Positions 54,112 to 64,000 of a DNA stretch of 64,000 nt are shown in pieces (positions within the stretch are counted from its first letter, which is position 1; every line of letters begins with the position of its first letter). Location of the stretch: the NCBI GenBank assembly GCA_051362555.1, contig CM120640.1:3162001-3226000 (forward strand), in the 5' to 3' direction. Below the pieces are notes generated by a model that searched no databases, was not told the DNA's origin, and was given only the letters and a program-made list of their open reading frames with translations. Made by a program: the position numbers and the translations under genes. The DNA is from Lingula anatina (lineage: Eukaryota > Animalia > Brachiopoda).

Positions 54112-55688
54112 TTTGTACCACCAGCGTTAGCGCTGGCGGTACACATGGTTTTAGTCCCGTCCGGTCCGTTCCGCCGGCTCCGCCGGCTCCTGCGGCCCCG
54201 CCGGCTCCGCCGCCATGTTACCGTTACCGCTTCTCCTCCTAGACGGTAAGGGCCCCCATACCCATCTCTTGGATTTAGGTCACCTATAATCTCAACTCGT
54301 TCCACGTAAAATTTGGGCTTTGTCGGTATTGGGGTCTAGGTGTGGCACTCATTGCAATGCACCCTTGTCCAAAAATGGCAAAATTAAATGCTAATTATCT
54401 ACCCTACGGAAGGAATTATGGGAAAAATTTCTACAGACGGCTTTCCAAAAGTCATATGTGTAGATTTCAAATATGCCCTTGGATTTGACCTTTGACCTTT
54501 ATTTCAAGGTCAAACGGGCAAAAATTTTCAAAAAAATGAATTTTTTTACGAAAAAAAAATTATTTGCGCTGTTATTCAGACACCACACAGACTTAACCAA
54601 TAATATTATTGGAAAATGTTACCCTTCAGGTCATCTTTCATCTGTGTGAATTTGGGGTCAATCGGTGCATTTTCACGGGTGTAGCGGCCATAAGATACCG
54701 AAACTGAAAACTGTCTCTAATTCGGGAACCGTTAATGCTAGAGACCCATTCTTTCTTGCATTTTGTAGAGCATGTAAAGCCCAACACTGAAAGTGGTCTC
54801 CGTTTTTTTGTATTCCATACGGTTTTCGAGTTACGCTGTATCAAAAAGTACATATTGGTGTTGAAAGCAAAATGTGCAGTACGGTAATGGATAATAAATT
54901 TTGAACTCTGGAAAAATAAAACATAAGGCTTGGCAAAGCAGACAACTTGTGGTCAAAAATGACATTATTTCATCAAATTTGAACTTCTGGAACTTCAGGG
55001 CACCTCCCATTTCAAGAATTTTTACCAAAATGACCTTTTCTTTATTTTAATTAATTTTTTCTGTAGGAAATTTATGGCACATTAAGGTAACTCCGAAATT
55101 ATAACATTTAGTCCCTTATGTCTCCAAAACTGGCAGAGATAGGTCCATAGTTACTATTGAAGTTGAATAGGAAGTCATATACTGGCAATCTTACTGTGAC
55201 CTTGAAATTGACCTTTGACCTACTTTTCACCATAAATTGAACTTTGCAAATTTTGCTACCCTTTTATCTCCAAAACTGGCAGAGATAGGTCCATAGTTAC
55301 TATTGAAGTTGAATAGGAAGTCATATACTGGCAATCTAAATGTGACCTTAAAATTGACCTTTGACCTACTTTTCACCATGAACTGAACTTTGCAAATTTT
55401 GCCTCCCTTTTATCTCCAAAACTGGCAGAGATAGGTCCATAGTTTCTATTGAACTTGAATATGAAGTCATATACTGGCAATCTAAATGTGACCTTGAAAT
55501 TGACCTTTGACCTACTTTTCACCATGAACTGAACTTTGGAAATTTTGCTTCCCTTTTATCTCCAAAACTAGCAGAGATAGGTCCATAGTCACTATTGAAG
55601 TTGAATAGGAAGTCATATACTGGCAATCTAAATGTGACCTTAAAATTGACCTTTGATCTACTTTTCACCATGAACTGAACTCTGCTAA
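54112..55688 (+). mobile_element. HINE-like element copy B (3'-truncated, ~4 units of the 146-bp repeat)
   Basis: Same 5' hairpin TTGTACCACCAGCG-ttag-CGCTGGCGGTAC and same core as copy A; starts ~12 bp after the GBA stop. Confidence 0.82.
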
Positions 55689-58260
55689 TTGTACCACCAG
55701 CGTAGGCGCTGGCGGTACTCATGGTTTTAGTCCCGACCCGTATGTTCCGCCGGCTCCGCCGGCTCCTGCGGCTCCGCCGCCAAGTCACCGTTACCGCTTC
55801 TCCTCCTAGACGGTAAGGGCCTCCATACCCATCTCTTGGATTTAGGTCACCTATAATCTCAACTCGTTCCACGTAAAATTTGGGCTTTGTCGGTATTGGG
55901 GTCTAGGTGTGGCACTCATTGCAATGCACCCTTGTCCAAAAATGGCAAAATTAAATGCTAATTATCTCCCCTACGGAAGGAATTATGGGAAAAATTTCTA
56001 CAGACAGCTTTCCAAAAGTCATATGTGTAGATTTCAAATATGCCCTTGGATTTGACCTTTGACCTTTATTTCAAGGTCAAACGGGCCAAAATTTTCAAAA
56101 AAACAATTTTTGCCGAAAAAAAATTTTTTTGCGCTCTTATTCAGACACCACACAGACTTAACTAATAATATTAATGGAAAGTGTTACCCTTCAGGTCATC
56201 TTTCATCTCCGTGAATTTGGGGTCAATCGGTGCATTTTCACGGGAGTAGCGGCCATAAGATATCAAAACTGAAAATTGTCTCTAATTCGGGAACCGTTAA
56301 TGCTAGACACCCATTCTTTTTTGCATTTTGTAGAGCATGTAAAGCCCAACACTGGAGGTAGTCTCCGTTTTTTTGTATTCCATACGGTTTTCGAGTTACG
56401 CTTTATCAAAAAGTCATATACTGGTGGTGAAAGCAAAATGTGCGGGCTTGGCAAAGCAGACAACTTGTGGTCAAAAATGACATTATTTCATCAAATTTGA
56501 ACATCTGGAACTTCAAAGCACCTCCCATTTCAAGAATTTTGACCAAAATGACCTTTTCTTTATCTTAATTTTTTTCTGTAGGAAATTTATGGCACATTAT
56601 GGTAACTCCAAAATTATACCATTTAGTCCCTTATATCTCCAAAACTGGCAGAGATAGGTCCATAGTTACTATTGAAGTTGAAAAGGAAGTCATATACTGG
56701 CAATCTAAATGTGACCTTAAAATTGACCTTTGACCTACTTTTCACCATGAACTGAACTTTGTAAATTTTGCATCCCTTTTATCTCCAAAACTGGCAGAGA
56801 TAGGTCCATAGTTACTATTGAACTTGAATAGGAAGTCATATACTGGCAATCTGAATGTGACCTTAAAATTGACCTTTGACCTACTTTTCACCATGAACTG
56901 AACTTTGCAAATTTTGTTTCCCTTTTATCTCCAAAACTGGCAGAGATAGGTCTATAGCTACTATTGAACTTGAATAGGAAGTCATATACTGGCAATCTAC
57001 ATGTGACCTTAAAATTGACCTTTGACCTACTTTTCACCATGAACTGAACTTTGTACATTTTGCGTCCCTTTTATCTCCAAAACTGGCAGAGATAGGTCCA
57101 TAGTTACTATTGAAGTTGAATGGGAAGTCATATACTGGCAATCTAAATGTGACCTTGAAATTGACCTTTGACCTTCTTTTCACCATGAACTAACCTTTGC
57201 AAATTTTTTTTCCCTTTTATCTCCAAAACTGGCAGAGATAGGTCCATAGTTACTATTGAACTTGAATGGGAAGTCATATACTGGCAATCTAAATGTGACC
57301 TTGAAATTGACCCCTGACCTACTTTTCACCATGAACTAACCTTTGCAAATTTTGCTGCCCTTTTATCTCCAAAACTGGCAGAGATAGGTCCATGGTTACT
57401 ATTAAACTTGAATAGGTAGTCATATACTGGCAATCCAAATGTGACCTTGAAATTGACCTTTGACCTACTTTTCACCATGAACTGAACTTTGCAAATTTTG
57501 CTGCCCTTTTATCTCCAAATCTGGCAGAGATAGGTCCATAGTTACTATTGAACATTGATAGGAAGTCATACACTGGCAATCTAAATGTGACCTTGAAATT
57601 GACCTATGACCTACTTTTCACCATGAACTGATCTTTGCAAATTTTGCTTCCCTTTTATCTCCAAAACTGGCAGAGATAGGTCCATAGTTACTATTGAACT
57701 TTAATAGGAAGTCATATACTGGCAATCTTAACGTGACCTTGAAATTGTCCTTTGACCTACTTTTCACCATGAACTGAACTTTGCAAATTTTGCTTCCCTT
57801 TTATCTCCCAAACTGGCAGAGATAGGTCCAAAGTTACTATTGAAGTTGAATAGGAAGTCATATACTAGCAATCTAAATGTGACCTTAAAATTGACCTTTG
57901 ACCTACTTTTCACCATGAACTGAACTCTGCTAATTTCTTTCTCTTTTAACTCCTAACCTGGCAGAGATAGGTCCATTGTTACTATTGAACTTGAATAGGA
58001 AGTCATATACTGGCAATCTTACTGTGAAATTGACCTTTGACCTACCTTTTGATGAACTTAACTTTGATTGTACCATTTTAAGTTATATATATTTTTTTGC
58101 ATATTTTGAAAATTCTTATTGATTGCATTTTTACAGCTTGTCAAGCAAAAGACTGGTGGCTGTGTCCCTTATTTTGTGTATGTGGGGGTCTATACAAATG
58201 CGCTTGCTCCAGCTGGTGGTACAATATTCGGAGGCGGTATCGCCTCTCTGATCCTCTAGT
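55689..58260 (+). mobile_element. HINE-like element copy C (complete; ~10 units of the 146-bp repeat at 56635-58060)
   Basis: 5' hairpin at 55689; 3' subTIR GCTGGTGGTACAA ~58212; hairpin GAGGCGGTATCGCCTC; end GATCCTCTAGT. Confidence 0.85.
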
Positions 58261-59914
58261 TATAACATCTCTTTGACACATTTATCTTATTTATTGGGGT
58301 TGTAACACTTAACAGTGTCCCCACAGATTTAATCATCAGAAATAGTCTTTCAGCTCTCTTGTGAAGAGATGGAGTCAGACGACATTTTTCTTGGGTAATT
58401 GTGGCGCAGCTCTTCCACTGTCATGGAAAGAATATTAGAAAGTGTGCACAACTGAGATCTCTCAGGAAATTTGTTTTTCTTTATGCACTTTGGTCATATT
58501 TATGCCAGAAAATTCAGTGTCAAATAGGTTCATCTGCTGGTCTCAGAGGTTCAAAGGTGTTGTGATTTTGTCTTTCATGCCATTTCATAGCGTAATTTGT
58601 TGTATACTGAGAGTTAAGAACATAGATATTAAGTGTATGTCATGTACAACCTACAACTTCTTATTCCACTAGTCTCTGCAACTAGCATACCTTAAAAAAT
58701 TCCTGTCCATTTCAAAATGTGGCAGTCCAAAGATGAAATCTATAGGCAGTTGATCTGACTTAAAAATGAATTTTTTACTTGTCCAAAGTTGAATTCACTA
58801 GTCATTAGCAAGCCTGCAGTCTGACTGCAAAAACAGTAATATCAGTGGTGTTAATTTAAAATGTGGCTAGTTTACAATATTGTTATAAGGGTAACAGTTT
58901 ACTTGTTAGAAATAGGCTTTTTTCATTGATGATAAACACGTTTGCTTTACCTGCTGTGATACTCGGTATTTTTCAAAACTGTATTATTACTGTGCTTCAG
59001 GACCATAGTATTAATGTGATATTTTCATGCCAGTTCCACGGGATTGATTTGACATGTTTTGTATTCAGCTCTAGTCCTGAAAGCTTTTCTGCAAATAGTT
59101 TGTGTTGAGCTCATCACAGAGGTTGTGTAAAACATTTGTGAGATATTGGCATTTCAGTGATATTGATTTTGAAATATCAGATTGTCATTGAAAGGCATTA
59201 ATAAATCAGTTTTGTTGACGTTTGTTTATTATGACTTGATAAGTACGTTTTTTAAGGCACTGTTTTAGACCTTTTTAATGCTGAATTTGTCATGCTAAAA
59301 AAGTGAGCTTTCATTTTCCATTGATAGGTAAAAGTGCAAATGTGCCTATAGTATAACCTGTATGATAAACACATCGGGTCACAGTCTTCCTAACATCGTT
59401 TGGTCTAAGAAGTTGAATCATTTTTTAAGAAAATAAGAGAAAGTGAATAAAGAAAACAAAAAACTGCATAACAGAGATTCATGTTTTGTTTTAAAGATCT
59501 TACGACCAGGATATTGGGAAAAAAAGTAACGAAAATTTTAAACTTCGCAGTAGGTATTCTGAAGTACAGCTAGCAGGACTTTCAGAACCTGCTATGGGTT
59601 CATCTCTGTTTATTAGGAGAGGCAGGAACCGAGGTGATTCAGAACTTAAAATTTACTTAATTTTTAAGGACGGGCAAATTTTTCAAACGTGCTAGAGAAC
59701 TTGAACAAAAGTAACGTCTTAGTTTTATTTGTCTAAAAAGGAACTAACATATTCACAATAATAGTCCAATTTGTCAAACGATTTCTTTTGATGTCGCTCT
59801 TAGATCACTTAATTAAATGCGAGATTATTACTTGCCCAAATGTAAAGAGCGAAGTTTCCTGGTTTCCTCTAAATAAACATGTTGCTGGCTTTTCATTTTC
59901 TAATTTTATTGTTT

Positions 59915-59949
<35 letters not shown>

Positions 59950-62265
59950 TTATTTGGCAGAGGCCAGTAATGCATTTAAGTGCATTTGGGAGAAACGCAC
60001 AAGTATCTACAACGACTCCCTGTACAGTCAGTTTACACATATTTAGGCAATATAAGAAAGTTACCATAATAGATACTGCTGAATAAAATGAAACTTCGTT
60101 CAAATTTATTTTCAAAGAGGACCTCATGTTAATCATTTAAAGTTTAAAACACAAATTTGAGAGATATTATGACTAATGCCTAATAAATGACAATTTATTT
60201 TTACTGTGGAAACGGTTATTTGCACTGCCGTGTATGGGCGAACGTAACATCCTTCTCATGCTACCTTCTCGTTTTTACTACCATATTACGGTTATTTCTA
60301 ATTTCACTTACATTATATACATATGTTTTGGAATGAAACTGCTTAACAAACTATTCATTCATTCATTCTTGTTAATTACCAGGCGTACTTATTTAGGCAG
60401 AGGTACCTCTATTTTGGCATGACTTTCTTTCAATCAGTGGTCATAACAATCTTTTTTTTTTTTTTTAGCGTTATGATTACCTACTGACTACTTAAATCAC
60501 ATCAAAAGGCAAAAGAAAGCGGTCATCTTCCGCGCGGTGTGCGTGCGCTCAGCCGTCATAAAAGAAGAACAAACCCATTAAGAACATTTAGAGTACATTT
60601 CAAAGCATTGAAAATCACCCTAACAAAAGTTGTGAAGTTCATCAAACAGATTTGTGCACGGAATTCAAGTAAGTTGAATGAAAGAAATCGTGAGTTAATC
60701 ACTCTGACTCCGTGAGTTGCTTTTGAAAGAAACGTGTCGTTGCTTTTGAAAGAAACGTGTTTTTAAGGGAAATACTTTACAAAGAGGAATATTGATTGAG
60801 TTTTTGATTGTTTCATCGACAAGAACAATCGATTTTCACATTTTCACACATTCAGAACTCTTTTTTTCCATAAACGTCAGTGATTCAAGTGAAAAAAATC
60901 TTATTGTTCACCTGCGTTGACTTTGTCTGTACTTGAATTAATCAATTGTGTTGATCAATACGGCTGACACAACTCTACACAGATCAATACGTCCAATCTT
61001 GCCTTGTAATAAAAGTAAAACAGGATGGTGTACATCAATCATGAAAGACACGTTCACATGACAGCATGGTACGAGATCGAAACCGTTTTATATTAATATG
61101 GAAACATCACTTGTTAGTAATCTGAGAAGGCTGCGACGCAGAGCCGAGTCTTACCAGAAGGGTACGCGCGTGGTGTAGCCTAGCAGAAGTGGGCTTTGGG
61201 TGGAGACCGCCAAATAAATAGGAACAATTAACGTCAAATGAATAGCTCCATAACCAATCTCATGAAGGAATCATGTCTTGTAAATGGCAATGTATAGAGT
61301 GCAGTAAGGACATGCTGCAGGCTGATCGATAAACAGAATAGACGGTCCATTGGGATTTAGAAGAGCTGGCGGGGAAATAATATTTATAATGAACGTTGGA
61401 GTACATGTTATGGTGAACATGGAAAATGGATGTATTTTTCACATATCCGTAAACGATTTGAACAAGGCAGAATTCAGTTGATTATAGCAACCAAATAGAT
61501 AGAGAAATAAATAGATAATGAATACGCTAACAGCTTCGCTGTTTATCTGTAAGAGAATGCCTGTCGGTTATTATAATTAAATAAGCAAGGCTGTGAGATT
61601 ATTCAAGCACGTTTTATGAAAAGAGCATTTAATAAACTAAATGGGGAATTTTTATGTGCCCCTTAGAACCTATATATCGTTCAACATTTTGTGTAAAACA
61701 AGTCTTTATTATGAATCATCACCTTTAAACAACGCTCCTTAAAATGCTTATAATATCTATAGCAATTATTTGTTTTCCGTCTCAAGATCAATTTTATGAT
61801 CCCTGTCAATAAAAAGATATAGAAATGATACAGCTCTTGTTGGTCTTGTTAACTATCACATGCTGTGTATAATCTATTAATTATAGTTAAGAGTGATGAG
61901 GGTCACGTGTACACGTCTACTGAAAAACGACGCAAAACATCAGCGAAGCCACTTCATTAACATCATAATCACTCCAATTTCCTCCTCGAAATAGACGGCA
62001 GGCATAATAAGAAAAAACAACGCGATTTTATTTGACTTTGAAACAGCGAAGGTGATATTTATTAAGGCAGTCAACTCTGCCATTCATTTATTGCGAATAA
62101 TCCAGCAGTGAAATATTGATAAAGCCGAGAGAGCAGGCGCAAAGATCAGCAAGGGGATAAGTTGCAGTTGGACCATTTTTCATTATTTTCCCGGTGTTTG
62201 ACCATGACCAGTGGCATGATGGCCCCTCTGGACAGATTCAGGTCCTGGGTGAAGAGGAGAGTGAA

Positions 62266-62895
62266 GCAATGGAAGGTAGGTGGTGGTTGTGGATGAGACT
62301 TAAGTGGAAGGTAGGGGTTGGTTGTGGGTGAGACACAGTGGAAGGTAGGGGTTGGTTGTGGGTGAGACACAGTGGAAGGTAGGGGTTGGTTGTGGATGAG
62401 ACTTAAGTGGAAGGTAGGGGTTGGTTGTGGGTGAGACACAGTGGAAGGTAGGGGTTGGTTGTGGGTGAGACTAATTGGAAAGTAGGTGTTGGTAAGGAGT
62501 CATTGTGGGTAATCTCATTGTGGGTAATCATGAAACAGTAGAAGGCATGGGGTGGTTGTGGGTGAGAGAGTGGCAGGTAAGGAGTGATTGTGGATGAAAT
62601 ACTGGAAGGTTGTGGGTGAGAAACAGTGGAAGGTAGGGGTAGATGTGGGTGAGACACAGTGGAAGGTAGGGGTAGATGTGGGTGAGAAACAGTAGAAGGT
62701 AGGGGTAGATGTGGGTGAGAAGAAGTGGAAGGTAGGAGTAGATGTGGGTGAGAAGAAGTGGAAGGTAGGGGTAGATGTGGGTGAGAAACAGTGGAAGGTA
62801 GGCTTTGGTTGTGGGTGAGGCATGGTGGAAAGTAGGGGTAGATGTGGGTGAGACAGTGAAAGGTAGGGGGCAGTTGCATGTGAGATACAGTGGAG
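62266..62895. repeat. G-rich minisatellite with 34-bp then 33-bp units
   Basis: CAGTGGAAGGTAGGGGTTGGTTGTGGGTGAGACA (period 34), then CAGTGGAAGGTAGGGGTAGATGTGGGTGAGAAA (period 33). Confidence 0.9.
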
Positions 62896-64000
62896 GGCAG
62901 GAAGTTATGTACCATGACAACCAGAGGTTGGGCAGGTCACAGCTATGACAGTGGCAGGCAGAGCCAGGTTGTAGGTATGATGTTAAATGGTATAGGCTTT
63001 GTTTTATTGACCCAATAACAAGGGAGGGGTTGAGTTTAACAGGTACACTGGTACCCAATTTATCATTATCAACTGTTGGAACAGAGCAGTAATGACTAGA
63101 TTCCTATTATGCAGCATGGACTGCAGCAACTGAAGTAAAAATCAATTTTTATGTGATTTAAAACAAATACATCTAATAAAAACTCAGGTCAAGAAATTAG
63201 TTTATCTAATAACAAATCTCTTACATGCTTTGGGCAGTATTTTCTCTTAGAGTTGCCTTGCTACATGTATTTTCTATTCAAGTTACAAAAACATGAGCAA
63301 TTTCATGCCATTTTTAAATGAGAAAGTATAACAAAAAAAATGTGGAAGACAATTTCTTCTTAGATCCAAGAAATTGAGGATTTCCAGAAAAGCTTAGAGG
63401 AAAATCCAACAGCTTAGTGAACCCAGTCAGTCTGTGGATAATTTGGAGGTTCAGCATCTGATCCCCCAGAGGGTATGGATTCATTATCTTTATACATTGG
63501 AGGTACTTACAAATCAAAGGAAAAGACATAACATTAAGGCTATTGATATCTTGATAGGTCTATAAGCCAGATCAAGACAGACCAATTGCTTTTACTTTCA
63601 TGCAAGTATTTCCTTGGCCATGCCAAGCACTGAATATAAAGTACATTACATTCCAAGCAGTTTGACAGCTTTGCTTCTTGAACGTTTTAACTGCACGGTT
63701 TCAACAAGAAAAACATCTCAAGTAATTTCCCATCAGAAGCTGCAGCTATTTCTACAGCTACAAATGGATAATGTTCCTTTCAGAGCACGTTATAACAGCA
63801 GGTGCCCAACAGTGACCAGCTTTAAAGGCTCTCTTTATAGACTCTACACCATCCATACCATCTGCTTAAAAACATTGTGATTAATAAATTATCATTTCAT
63901 AATGCATATTCCTGAATTCTTTTTACATCATGTGTTTGACTGTTCTGTAGAAATAAAGTTTAACATCACTGAATATTACACAGCACAAGGCTAGCAATAA

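Noticed and set aside
55120-58060. 146-bp arrays as a CRISPR array
   Set aside because: Whole units repeat with no unique spacers, the context is eukaryotic, and there are no cas genes.
61160-61210. tRNA/SINE-like GGTGTAGCCTAG A-box
   Set aside because: No B-box (GTTCGA) or cloverleaf follows.
62146-63058. His/Pro/Thr-rich ORFs of 97-176 aa
   Set aside because: Open in several frames because of the C-rich minisatellite strand; a repeat artefact.
63314-63880. Short ORFs at the window end
   Set aside because: No recognisable domain or consistent exon chain.

Overview
This is AT-rich, intron-containing eukaryotic (invertebrate metazoan, plausibly mollusc-like; the taxon is inference) genomic DNA. 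It holds a compact block of nine spliced genes on strictly alternating strands: a partial Ig-domain gene (+), SHC adaptor (-), CKS1/2 (+), ODF3/CIMAP1 (-), SPG21/maspardin (+), MRPL34 (-), ABHD8 (+), ANKLE1 (-) and glucocerebrosidase GBA (+). The last eight form four consecutive head-to-head pairs, and several adjacencies match the human arrangement. GBA intron 4 carries a three-level transposon nest: an intact Ty3/Gypsy retrotransposon with identical LTRs, inside a TA-TSD TIR element, inside a Helentron/HINE-like element. That HINE family recurs twice right after the GBA stop and carries 146-bp tandem arrays dense in AGGTCA nuclear-receptor half-sites. A ~2.6-kb tandem duplication between ABHD8 and ANKLE1 shows a haplotype-mosaic signature. 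No CRISPR, rRNA or tRNA gene was found. Exon coordinates were read by eye and may be off by a few bases.
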